Source: Deltaproteobacteria bacterium (GTDB lineage Bacteria; Myxococcota; Kuafuiibacteriia; Kuafuiibacteriales; Kuafuiibacteriaceae). From it: DNA of 64,000 bases. Location of the stretch: positions 256,001 through 320,000 of the forward strand of contig JAVJQW010000019.1 of the NCBI GenBank assembly GCA_040218735.1, given 5' to 3'. The translations under genes were made by a program, and so were the position numbers. The notes under the pieces were generated by a model. It did not search any database. It was not told the DNA's origin and was given only the letters and a program-made list of their open reading frames with translations. Positions 18,024-27,318 of this stretch are shown in pieces (position 1 is the first letter of the stretch; each line of letters starts with the position of its first letter).

Positions 18024-19256
18024 GTGCTCCGTATGTTCGGTCAGGTATCGCCCTGGATGGCGTCGCTGCTCCTCGCGGCCTGCGTCGTCGAGAACTCCGG
18101 GCCCGCGGGGCCGGCCGGGGCCACGGGCGCCGAAGGACCGATGGGTCCGACGGGCGCGACCGGACTCGAAGGTCCTAAGGGAGACCCGGGAGACTCGGGC
18201 AGCAGCACGCCGGCCTTCATGCAGCTCGTCGAGCGCGTCGACGAAGTCGAACGGCTCGCGCTCGGTGCTGTAGGTGCCCACGGGGTTTCGTTGTCGCTCT
18301 CGAACGGCGCGCTCGTCGTGGGTTGTGGTGACGCCGATTGTTCATCGACCCGCCGCGCATTCGTGCGATTTCCCGAGAGCGCCTTCTCGGCCACGCTGGT
18401 GCCGCTGGAGGCCAATCAGACCTTGAGCGGCCTCGGAGCGACCGGAGGCTCGGATCTGGGTTCGATGACGTTCGGGACGGATTCGAACCAGCCCTGGAAC
18501 CACGCCCGACCCTTCTACCTCTACGCCGTTCAACTCAGCGACACCGAGATCGGTTTTGCGCTCTCGGCCCAACCCAACCGCGTCGACACCGGCAACGAGA
18601 ACAACATCGCGCTCCCGCGCCAAGCCGCGCCGGTGCAGAGCCAACGGAACGTCGTGTTGTTCGAGGCGCCGACGGTCGCCGTGACGAGCTCGCCGTTTCC
18701 GATGATTCGGATCGGTTCCGTACTCATGCGGCGCGCGACCGCCACGGTGGATTGGGAAATCATGCCGGACGCCGCGAGCGGCCTCGGGCGCTACCAGGAA
18801 GGGCGCGTGTTTCAGGCCCAGGCGGGCACGTTCGGCGCCGTGCCGGGAGGGTTCGCATATATCGATGGCTGCACCACGGACCTCCAGTTCACGACCAACG
18901 TCATGAACTACACGCTCAGCGAAGACGGTTCCGTACGTGTCTTCCTCGATCTCGAGAACGACGGAGGAACCGAGGACGAAGGCTGCACAGGCCTGCTCCG
19001 CCTCGTGCTCCCCTACGCCACCGCGCCGCAGCCCATCGTTGGTCCCAATCAGCCGTACGCCAAGATTCTTCAGTGCGTGCTCACGAACAACGCGATGGCC
19101 GTGGATGACCTCTGCTACCTCACGGGAGGCGGCGCATCCTCCTTCTCGAACGTCGCGCTTCGGAGCGTGGGCGGTGTGCACGGCGGCAACTTCCCGAATG
19201 GCAACCGTGCGCTGCGGGGGCAGTTCGAGTACATGGCGTTTCCGGCGCTCGACTGA
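18024..19256 (+). CDS. Putative lipoprotein with short collagen-like G-X-Y repeat and beta-rich C-terminal region
   Basis: LLLAAC lipobox-like; GPAGPAGATGAEGPMGPTGATGLEGPKGDPGDSG; start may be 18033 or 18057. Confidence 0.7.
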   Translation: MLRMFGQVSPWMASLLLAACVVENSGPAGPAGATGAEGPMGPTGATGLEGPKGDPGDSGSSTPAFMQLVERVDEVERLALGAVGAHGVSLSLSNGALVVGCGDADCSSTRRAFVRFPESAFSATLVPLEANQTLSGLGATGGSDLGSMTFGTDSNQPWNHARPFYLYAVQLSDTEIGFALSAQPNRVDTGNENNIALPRQAAPVQSQRNVVLFEAPTVAVTSSPFPMIRIGSVLMRRATATVDWEIMPDAASGLGRYQEGRVFQAQAGTFGAVPGGFAYIDGCTTDLQFTTNVMNYTLSEDGSVRVFLDLENDGGTEDEGCTGLLRLVLPYATAPQPIVGPNQPYAKILQCVLTNNAMAVDDLCYLTGGGASSFSNVALRSVGGVHGGNFPNGNRALRGQFEYMAFPALD

Positions 19257-19287
19257 TCCGTCGTCGCGTCCCGCGGACAACCGGGCT

Positions 19288-20622
19288 TCACACCACGAAC
19301 AACACGTAGAACGACGCGAGCACCAGCTGCACCACGGCGAACGGCGCGGCCACCTTCACGAAGCCGCCGAAGCTCATCGGGAGCTTGTTCTTGTGGATGA
19401 TCGCCACGGCGACCAGCGTCGAGGCCGAGCCGATCGGCGTGAAGTTGCCGCCGAGGTTGCAGCCGAAGATCGTCGCCCACCACAGGTTCGAGTCGGCGGG
19501 GGTGCCCTGGAGGATCTTTGCCAGGACCGCGGCCAGCGGGACGTTGTCGGTGACGCTCGAAGCGATCGAACCGCTCCACAGCAAAGCCAACGGGCCGGCC
19601 GTGTCGCCGAGGCCGATCAGCGCTTCGATCCCCGAGCCGATGAGCACCAGGACCTTCGCGTGCTCCATGACGTGGATGACGATGAAGAGGTAGGCGAAGA
19701 ACAGGAGCAGGTCCCAGTCGATCGCGACGTACGCCTTCTCCGGCTCGTGTTTGATCCGAATCAGCGCGACCACCGCAAAGGCCATCGCGACGAAACCCAT
19801 GCCGAGCTCGTCGATGTACGGCGTGACCGACGCCGTCGCGATGCCCAGGATGAACAGGCCCAACAAGGTCCACGAGAAGTTGAAGAAGGGGCGCGACCGA
19901 ACGCTCTCGTTCTCGTCGAACGACGCGACCAGCTCCGCCGCGTTCTTCTTCTGATCCTCCGTCGCGAGTTTTTCGATCTTGAACGCGCGCAGCCCCATGT
20001 AGACGGTCGCCACCGTCGCCACCACGACGTACGGCGCCGCCTTGTACAGAAACGCGACGAAGCTGATCCCCGCCGTCGTCCCCACGATGATGTTCGGGAT
20101 CGACGAAATCAGCGTCAGCAACCCACCGATGTTCGTGAGCAACCCCTCCACCAACAAGAAGCCCAGCAACAAGTTCTCGCGCTCCAGCTTCTTCAGCGAC
20201 ACGGCCGACAGCGAACCCACGATGATCATCGCCGTCACGTTGTTCAACACCGCGCTGAACACCACCGTGATCCCCGCGTAATACCAGAGCAGCTTCACCG
20301 GATCGCCGCCCGACATCTTCGTGAGTTTGATCGCCGTCCACGCGAAGATGCCGGAGCGCGAAGTCACGTCGATGAACAGGCTCGACCCGAAGATGATGAT
20401 GATGACCGACCAGTCGATCATCGGGATGTACAGCGGCAGGTGCGCGTCCTCGGGGCGGTGAATCAGGTGCATCACCTCGCCCAACAGCAGGCAGATCACC
20501 GCGAAAACGCCGGTGATGATCGACTTCTTCGCGTGGAGCTTCTCCTCCAACGCGAGGCTCGCGATCATCGCCACCAGGATTCCGAGGAACAGGAGGGTCG
20601 TCGACATCGGCACTTCGTGCAT
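19288..20622 (-). CDS. ArsB/NhaD/SLC13-family ion transporter
   Basis: FSAVLNNVTA, TNIGGLLTLISSIPNII, IDWDLLLFF, SSVTDNVP, NLGGNFTPIGSAST; about 11 TM. Confidence 0.92.
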   Translation of the reverse strand: MHEVPMSTTLLFLGILVAMIASLALEEKLHAKKSIITGVFAVICLLLGEVMHLIHRPEDAHLPLYIPMIDWSVIIIIFGSSLFIDVTSRSGIFAWTAIKLTKMSGGDPVKLLWYYAGITVVFSAVLNNVTAMIIVGSLSAVSLKKLERENLLLGFLLVEGLLTNIGGLLTLISSIPNIIVGTTAGISFVAFLYKAAPYVVVATVATVYMGLRAFKIEKLATEDQKKNAAELVASFDENESVRSRPFFNFSWTLLGLFILGIATASVTPYIDELGMGFVAMAFAVVALIRIKHEPEKAYVAIDWDLLLFFAYLFIVIHVMEHAKVLVLIGSGIEALIGLGDTAGPLALLWSGSIASSVTDNVPLAAVLAKILQGTPADSNLWWATIFGCNLGGNFTPIGSASTLVAVAIIHKNKLPMSFGGFVKVAAPFAVVQLVLASFYVLFVV

Positions 20623-20632
20623 CGGATCCTCC

Positions 20633-21490
20633 TCAGAGCATCAGCAGCGGGCGATCGATCAGCTCCACCGCAATCGAGTACGCCAGCCCGTGCATCGCGA
20701 GCTGACCCTCGTCCTTCGTGTTGAACACCACGATGTCGTACTCACCGTCCTTCACGAGCGCTTCGTACTCCTTCACCGTGTGACCGCGCCGCACGAGCTT
20801 CGACGGCCGCACGTCCGGGTACGCCTCCGTGATCCGCTCACACGTCTCCGCGAGGAACCCATCCGCCTCACCCAACAACTTCTTCTCGATCTGCTCGCGC
20901 GCCACGTCGGTATCCAGGTCGGAGATCTTCCCGATCACGTCGATGTAGCGCTTGAACACCGCGTCGTCCTCGATGTGCGCGAGCGTCAGCTCACCGCCCT
21001 TCTCCACCAGACGCAGGCCCCAGTTCACGAGCATGTGGTCGCCGACGATCGCGTTCGCGACCACCAACACCTTGTCGGAGTTCTCGGTCGCTCGCTGAAA
21101 GTTCGTGTGCTTCGGCGGCGGCAACAACAGCACCGGCGAGCTCGTCGCTTGCGTGAGCATGTCCGCGTAGGTGCCGAGGCTGTGCGGGAGGTCCTGGTCC
21201 CCTTCGAACAAGTGCCGGTACGCGACGATCAAATCCGGCTTCGACGCTTCCACCTTCGCGAGCATCGCGCGCACGGTGGTGAGGTCCTCGCGGCCTGTCA
21301 CCGTCCACGACACGAGCTGCTCGTCGTCGAGGCCCTTCAGGAAGTGGCGGATCCGGGCGAGGAACGCGTCGCGTTCGTCGGAGTCGAGGTCGGTGATGAC
21401 GAGGACGCTCGAGACGTCGGGGCGTTCGAGCTTGGGTCGGACTTTGACGGACGCGCGGAACTGCGATTCGACTTGATCGAGGTCGAGCAC
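20633..21490 (-). CDS. Tandem universal-stress-protein-like protein
   Basis: SVLVITDL, PDLIVAY, HSLGTYADMLTQATSSPVLLL, YDIVVF...GLAYSIAVELIDRPLLML; directly upstream of the transporter. Confidence 0.75.
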   Translation of the reverse strand: MLDLDQVESQFRASVKVRPKLERPDVSSVLVITDLDSDERDAFLARIRHFLKGLDDEQLVSWTVTGREDLTTVRAMLAKVEASKPDLIVAYRHLFEGDQDLPHSLGTYADMLTQATSSPVLLLPPPKHTNFQRATENSDKVLVVANAIVGDHMLVNWGLRLVEKGGELTLAHIEDDAVFKRYIDVIGKISDLDTDVAREQIEKKLLGEADGFLAETCERITEAYPDVRPSKLVRRGHTVKEYEALVKDGEYDIVVFNTKDEGQLAMHGLAYSIAVELIDRPLLML

Positions 21491-21503
21491 GCCCCGAGGG
21501 CTA

Positions 21504-23360
21504 TCAGATCGCGGAGAGGTACGCGACCAGGTCGTCGATCTCCTGCTCGCTCAGCATCGACGTGTCGCCCATTTCGCCGCTGCGGCTGCGGAGGACGACG
21601 TCGCGGAGCGTCTCGGCGGAGCCGTCATGCAGATAGGGCGGCGACGACGCCACGCCGATCAGCGAGCGCGTCTGCACGAAGAGGCCGAACATCTCGTAGC
21701 TCTCGTTGTCGGTCATGCGCTCGCCGTTGTGGCAGCTGGCGCAGCCGACGTCCTCGCGCTGGAAGATCTCACGACCGCGGCCGATCGCCGGATCCGACGA
21801 GGCGCCCATCGCGACGTCCACATCGCGGGTCGAGTCGATGTACAGCTCGATGAGGTCCGCCTGGCGGTCGGACATGTTCGTGCCACCCATCGCGTCGCGG
21901 CTGGTGCGCTGCGCGTCGATCGCGACGGTCTCGCGGTCACCTTCCCAACGCACCGGCGCGGTCAGCGAGACGCGGCCGGCGAGCGACGGGGTCTGACGCT
22001 TGCCGCGCACGAACGTCCAGGAGACGCCGTCGTTGCGGCCGTCGAAGTGGCACGTCGCGCAGGACAGGCCGGTGAGGGGGTTCGCGATGGTCGGCGTGTC
22101 GTTCGTGTAAAAGAGGCGACGCCCCTCCTCGACCTCCGCCGAGAACGCCGGGCCCGCGACCGTTCCGATGCCGAGCGTCTTCGGCGCGCTGAGCTGACCG
22201 AACTCGGAGACCTGCTTCACCGAAGAGACGTCGATCCGCGCCACGGCGCGATCGAGGAAGCCGTAGACGAACGCTTCCTCGTCGTCGACGAACGTGACCG
22301 CGTTGGCGCCGTCTGGTGCGTCGAAGATGGCGGTGGGGCGCAGCTCGGTCGTGAAGAAGCCCGCCTCGAAGTTGGAGTCGCCGAAGACCTCGAACAAGAT
22401 GCCGCCGTCGGCGCCCTTCTCACCCTCGACGTCCATGACCAGGACGCGGTTGCTGCCTTCGAGCGTCGCGTAGAGCTTGAAACCCTCCGGGTCGAACGCC
22501 ACGCTCGACGCGTAACCCGACGGGCCGCCCACCGGGTCCGAGAGGCCGATGAGGCGCGTGCCCTTCAGGTCCGGCTCGCCGCCCTCGACGGGGATCAGCG
22601 CGACGGTGAAGTCCTGACGGCCGCCGTAGTAGCCGGTCGGCGGGATCGAGCCGGTGTCGTCGATCGGCGTCTCGCTGTCGATGTTCATGGTGGGGACCGC
22701 GATGTAGTAGCCGTCCGAGGAGATCGCCGGGTCGCCCATCACGCGCACGCCGCGCGGGCCGAGGCCGGTGTTGATGCGCGGCAGCGGGACGTCCGCGACG
22801 CCGTCCTCACCCACGTCGATGTGCGTGAACGTCCCGTTCATCGCGGACGCGACGAAGAGGTCGTCGCCGTTCGGGTGCATCGTCAGCCAACGCGGCTGGT
22901 CCGGGACGTTCCACTCGTTGGAGATCTCGTGGGTGTCGGTCTCGATCTCGAGGACCTTGTTCTCGAGCTGCACGGCCACGTAGACGTGGTCGCCGCCCTC
23001 GGGCGCGACGATGCCGTAGGGCTCGGCGCCGACTTTGATCGTTTCGAGGAAGACGAGGCCGTCGTCGGTCTCTTCGAGCACCGCGATGGCGCGCTCGAGG
23101 CGGAGCGTGACGAAGACCTTCTCGTCGACGCGCACGATGCGGGTGGGTTCGCCGCCGACGTCGATCGAGCTGACGTCGAGGCCTTCGGTTTTCACCGTCG
23201 AGACGGTGCCGTGGTCGGTGTTGGTCACGTAGAGCGCGCGGTAGTCACTCGACGTGGCGATCCGGTTGCTGCCGGTGGGGTAGCGGGCGTCACTGAGTCC
23301 GTCGCCGCAGGCGGTCGCGAGTCCGAGTGCGAGCACGCTCGCGTAGCCAATCCTCTGCAT
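21504..23360 (-). CDS. Lipoprotein: YVTN-type beta-propeller fused to a di-heme cytochrome c (peroxidase-like) domain
   Basis: Lipobox LATAC; LYVTN, IDVGGEP, IKVGAEPYGI; heme motifs CATCH and CASCH; RQTPSL, PPYLHDGSAETL. Confidence 0.88.
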   Translation of the reverse strand: MQRIGYASVLALGLATACGDGLSDARYPTGSNRIATSSDYRALYVTNTDHGTVSTVKTEGLDVSSIDVGGEPTRIVRVDEKVFVTLRLERAIAVLEETDDGLVFLETIKVGAEPYGIVAPEGGDHVYVAVQLENKVLEIETDTHEISNEWNVPDQPRWLTMHPNGDDLFVASAMNGTFTHIDVGEDGVADVPLPRINTGLGPRGVRVMGDPAISSDGYYIAVPTMNIDSETPIDDTGSIPPTGYYGGRQDFTVALIPVEGGEPDLKGTRLIGLSDPVGGPSGYASSVAFDPEGFKLYATLEGSNRVLVMDVEGEKGADGGILFEVFGDSNFEAGFFTTELRPTAIFDAPDGANAVTFVDDEEAFVYGFLDRAVARIDVSSVKQVSEFGQLSAPKTLGIGTVAGPAFSAEVEEGRRLFYTNDTPTIANPLTGLSCATCHFDGRNDGVSWTFVRGKRQTPSLAGRVSLTAPVRWEGDRETVAIDAQRTSRDAMGGTNMSDRQADLIELYIDSTRDVDVAMGASSDPAIGRGREIFQREDVGCASCHNGERMTDNESYEMFGLFVQTRSLIGVASSPPYLHDGSAETLRDVVLRSRSGEMGDTSMLSEQEIDDLVAYLSAI

Positions 23361-23467
23361 CGTTCGTTCTCCTCTTTCCGTGCGCTTCATTTCGACTGGC
23401 GGGAAGTTTCTGTCCTTCGCCGCCCCGGATGGAAGGGCCAACCCCGTCCATGCGCGCCCTCACACCC

Positions 23468-23483
23468 TGCTATTCACGTACCA
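23468..23483 (-). promoter_or_regulatory. Sigma54 -24/-12 promoter candidate for the cytochrome c gene
   Basis: Minus strand TGGTACGTGAATAGCA, GG-N10-GC spacing, two mismatches to consensus. Confidence 0.5.
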
Positions 23484-23607
23484 CCGACGACGTCCTATTG
23501 GCGACGCTGTCCGTCAGGACATTCCGATCCTACCCGTGTGCAGGTCCTTGCACACCTGTGCGGACGGCTTTACGCCGCCAAGGCCTTGGACGTAGGTTGG
23601 GCGGACG

Positions 23608-24969
23608 ATGCGGAATCGTACGCTGTGCGCGCTCCTCGTACTCATGACCGCCTGCACCGGGAACAACGGCTCGGACGACGATGACGGCACGCAGATGGAA
23701 CGCGACGCCGGTGTCGACCGGGACGGCGGTCCGAATGTCGCCGTGGTCTATTACCGGGACGTCAAACCCATCATCGACGCGCGCTGCAACGGTTGCCACG
23801 CGGGCGCGACCGTAGCGCCGATCGATTTTTCGGTGCCGATGGTCGTGCAGCGCGCGGCGCCGACGATCCGCGACCAGGTCCTCTCGAAACTCATGCCGCC
23901 CTGGCACGCCGACGACACGTGCAACGACTACAAGGCGAACCGCTCGCTGACCCAGGATCAGATCGACACGATCGTGGAGTGGATCGATCTCGGCGCGCAC
24001 CTCGGCGATCCGGCCGACGAGGGTGAGCCCCTCGACGTCGTCGACACGGGGCTGTCGCGCGTCGACATGCGCACCCAGGCGCCCGAGCCGTATACGCCGG
24101 TCGGCACCGACGACTACCGGTGCTTCGTGATCGAGTGGCCCGGCACCGAGACGCAGTACGTCACCGGGTTCAACCTCGAGCCGTCGAACCTCGGCGTCGT
24201 GCACCACGCGAACATCTACGTCGCGAGCGGCCAGGGCGCGCAGAGCTTCCGCGACCGCGACGCCAACGCACCCGGCGCGGGTTACCCGTGTTTCGGTGGG
24301 GCGTTCGCGGTCGGCGTCGAGCTCTTCGGCGCGTGGGCGCCGGGCAGCCTCGGCATCGAGTACCCCGCCGGCACCGGCCTGCAGATCGATCCCGGCTCGG
24401 TGATCGTGATGGAGATGCACTTCAACACCGGTCCGGAGCGTCAGGGCCCGGACCAGTCGACGATCGCGTGGCAGCTCGCGAGTCAGGTCGAGCGGCGCGC
24501 GTTGATCGCGCCGTTCTGGAACTTCCAGGAGTGGTCGAGCGGCAACATGCCGATCCCCGCCGGGCAGGCCGATGTCGTGCACTCCGTCGAGGTCGACCCC
24601 GACGGGCTCGTGCCGCTGCTCGCGCCGTGGCTGTTGTCGAACGAGATCCAGATCTGGGGCACCGGGATGCACATGCACTACCTCGGTACGCAGGGGAGCA
24701 TTCACATCAATCGCCCCGCCCCCGCAGAGGACACGTGTGTGATCGAGATTCCGCGCTGGGACTTCAACTGGCAGCTCGGTTACCTGCTCGAGCAACCCAT
24801 CGACTTCACCATCGGCGAGGACACACTCATGCTCGAGTGCCGCTGGGACAACCGCGCCGAGAACCAACCGGTGATCGACGGCGTGCGACGTACGCCGCGC
24901 GACGTGAACTGGGGTCAGAACTCCGACGACGAGATGTGCATCGGGTACCTCTACATCACCGAGAAGTGA
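23608..24969 (+). CDS. Lipoprotein: heme c motif plus copper type II (PHM/DBH-like) monooxygenase domains
   Basis: Lipobox LMTAC; CNGCH; MPPW; DDYRCFV; VHHA, EMHF, GMHMHYLG, RWDFNWQ, DEMC copper-ligand motifs. Confidence 0.88.
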   Translation: MRNRTLCALLVLMTACTGNNGSDDDDGTQMERDAGVDRDGGPNVAVVYYRDVKPIIDARCNGCHAGATVAPIDFSVPMVVQRAAPTIRDQVLSKLMPPWHADDTCNDYKANRSLTQDQIDTIVEWIDLGAHLGDPADEGEPLDVVDTGLSRVDMRTQAPEPYTPVGTDDYRCFVIEWPGTETQYVTGFNLEPSNLGVVHHANIYVASGQGAQSFRDRDANAPGAGYPCFGGAFAVGVELFGAWAPGSLGIEYPAGTGLQIDPGSVIVMEMHFNTGPERQGPDQSTIAWQLASQVERRALIAPFWNFQEWSSGNMPIPAGQADVVHSVEVDPDGLVPLLAPWLLSNEIQIWGTGMHMHYLGTQGSIHINRPAPAEDTCVIEIPRWDFNWQLGYLLEQPIDFTIGEDTLMLECRWDNRAENQPVIDGVRRTPRDVNWGQNSDDEMCIGYLYITEK

Positions 24970-25009
24970 CCTTGACCCAGCGCTCGCGCTTGGGCTGAAC
25001 AAGGGGCCC

Positions 25010-26200
25010 ATGGTCCGCCTCTCCCAGCGCGCGGTGCACATGCCCGCGTCTCCGATTCGACGCCTCGTGCCCTTCGCCGACGCCGCCCGCGCGCGGGGCG
25101 TGCACGTGCATCACCTCAACATCGGGCAGCCCGACGTGAAGACGCCGCGCGCGATGATCGAGGCGTACCGTTCGTACGACGACGAGGTGCTCGCGTACGG
25201 GCCGTCGCAGGGCTTGCCGGAGCTGCGCAAGGCGATCGCCGACTACTACGCTGGGGTGGGGCTCGCGGTGGAGCCGTCCGAGGTCAACGTGACGTTCGGG
25301 GGGAGCGAGGCCGTGCAGTTTGCATTCGCGGCGGTCGCGGATCCGGGCGACGAGATCCTCGTCTTCGAACCGTTCTATGCCAACTACCTCGGCTTCGCGG
25401 TGGCGGCGGGGGTCGGCATCCAGGCGGTGACGACCACGGCGGACGACGGGTTCGCGCTCCCGAGCGACGAGGCGATCGAGGCGAAGATCGGTCCGAAGAC
25501 GAAGGCGATCGTGTTCTGCTCGCCGGGCAACCCGACGGGCGGAATCTATTCGAACGAAGAGATGCAGCGGCTCGGCCGGCTCGCGGAGAAACACGACCTC
25601 GTGTTGATCTCCGACGAGGTCTACCGCGAGTTCGCGTACGATGTGCCGGTGACGAGCGCGTTGTCGTTGCCGTGTGCGAAGGAGCGCGTCGTCGTCGTCG
25701 ACAGCGTGTCGAAGCGGTACTCGGCGTGCGGTGCCCGCGTGGGTTGTGTTATCGCGAAGAACCCCGCGTTGACGGACGCGTTCATGCGGATGTGTTTCGC
25801 GCGGCTGTGTCCGGCGACGGTGGATCAACGGGCGGCCGTCGAGGCGTACCGGACGCCGACGTCCTACTTCGATGACGTCGTGCGGGAGTACCAGGCCCGC
25901 CGGGACGTGCTCGTCGATGGTCTGAACCTGATCGAAGGTGTCAGTGCGCCGAAACCCGCCGGCGCCTTCTACGCGATTGTCACATTGCCGGTGGCCGACG
26001 CGGATCGTTTCGCTCAGTGGTTACTCACAGACTTTTCACATGAGGGTGAGACCGTCATGGTGGCGCCCGCGAGTGGGTTCTACAGCGTCCCTGCCCTGGG
26101 TCAGCACCAGGCGCGTATCGCCTATGTATTGAATGTCCAGGCGCTGGCGCGGTGCGTCGAGATCGTGCAAGTCGCCTTGCAAACCTATCGCGACGAATGA
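25010..26200 (+). CDS. PLP-dependent class I/II aminotransferase
   Basis: LNIGQPD, SPGNPTG, ISDEVYREF, DSVSKRYSACGARVG, PAGAFY. Confidence 0.95.
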   Translation: MVRLSQRAVHMPASPIRRLVPFADAARARGVHVHHLNIGQPDVKTPRAMIEAYRSYDDEVLAYGPSQGLPELRKAIADYYAGVGLAVEPSEVNVTFGGSEAVQFAFAAVADPGDEILVFEPFYANYLGFAVAAGVGIQAVTTTADDGFALPSDEAIEAKIGPKTKAIVFCSPGNPTGGIYSNEEMQRLGRLAEKHDLVLISDEVYREFAYDVPVTSALSLPCAKERVVVVDSVSKRYSACGARVGCVIAKNPALTDAFMRMCFARLCPATVDQRAAVEAYRTPTSYFDDVVREYQARRDVLVDGLNLIEGVSAPKPAGAFYAIVTLPVADADRFAQWLLTDFSHEGETVMVAPASGFYSVPALGQHQARIAYVLNVQALARCVEIVQVALQTYRDE

Positions 26201-26352
26201 GACCGATCGGTCTTTCACAGCCTGTGTACGAAGGGGCTGTGTGACACATCCTGGTGCGACGAAAGGTGTATTCGAATAGAGCGGGGGTGGTGACGTCAAA
26301 CCGCTGGCATACCGTGGTTCGCCGCTGGTAGCGTGCCCCTTCGGAAGCGGGA

Positions 26353-27318
26353 TTGGTGACCCCCCTGCATCGACGAAGTGGTTGGCTGCTCGTCCTCTTG
26401 GCGGGCTGCGGAGGCGTGGTCTCGAACCCACCGCCGGCCGCGCATGCCGCACCTGCACCCGAGAGTACGACGCGAGCCCCCGAAATCTCGCCGGTGAATT
26501 CGGTCGCGCCGAAGAACGCGCCCGCCGCGAGCAACGCCGAGGTCGCCGAAGCCCAAGCCGCCCTCGAACCCACGCCGGAAGATCCCGCGGTCGCCAAGAA
26601 GCTGACCGAGCAAGTCGGTCCGCCGCTCCCCAAGTTCCCCGCGCGGGCCGCCCCCTACAAGATCCTGATCCTCGGCGACAGCATGGCGGCCACCGACTTC
26701 GGCCGCCAGCTCGAGCGCCGTCTGGAAAAACGTGCGGACATCGAGGTCGCACGACGCGGTAAGAGCGCAACCGGTCTTGCGCGGCCGGACTACTTCGACT
26801 GGATGGGTGAGGCCAAGAAACGCGTTCAACGCCACGATCCGGATCTCGTGGTCGTGATCATCGGCGGCAACGACGGGCAGGACCTCATCCCGAAGTCGAA
26901 GAAGACCAAGCCGCGCCGCGTGTTCTGGCACGGCGACGACTGGGCCGACGCCTACGCCCAGCGGGTCCTCGACTTCAGCCTGACCCTCCTCGCCGACCAC
27001 CGCCGCATCGTCTGGCTCGAGCTGCCCGTCATGGAGCACAAGAGCCTCGAGCGAAAGCTCGTCAAGATCCGCGGCATCCAGAAGGAAGCGCTCGGCGCCC
27101 TGATGCCGCGCGTCGCGTACGTGCCGACCCGCCCCCACTTCGTCGGCGCCAAGGGCGAGGTCCTCACGAAGGTGAACGTGACGGGCTACCGACGCGCTCA
27201 GGTGCTCCGGCAGGACGACGGCATCCACTTCACCGTCCCCGGCAGTAAGTACTTCGCGGCCAAGGTCGCCCCGGACGTGCTCGCCGCGCTCGGGCTCGAC
27301 CAGGGAGAGGCGAAATGA
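26353..27318 (+). CDS. SGNH hydrolase, DUF459-like lipoprotein
   Basis: LILGDSMA, KSATGLARPDYFDW, IGGNDGQD, DDGIHFT; lipobox LLAGC. Confidence 0.88.
   Translation: MVTPLHRRSGWLLVLLAGCGGVVSNPPPAAHAAPAPESTTRAPEISPVNSVAPKNAPAASNAEVAEAQAALEPTPEDPAVAKKLTEQVGPPLPKFPARAAPYKILILGDSMAATDFGRQLERRLEKRADIEVARRGKSATGLARPDYFDWMGEAKKRVQRHDPDLVVVIIGGNDGQDLIPKSKKTKPRRVFWHGDDWADAYAQRVLDFSLTLLADHRRIVWLELPVMEHKSLERKLVKIRGIQKEALGALMPRVAYVPTRPHFVGAKGEVLTKVNVTGYRRAQVLRQDDGIHFTVPGSKYFAAKVAPDVLAALGLDQGEAK

Noticed and set aside
26201-26352. AT-richer spacer with small palindromes (AGACCGATCGGTCT; CACAGCC / GGCTGTG) as a possible ncRNA
   Set aside because: Short stems fit an ordinary terminator/promoter region; no family consensus recognised.
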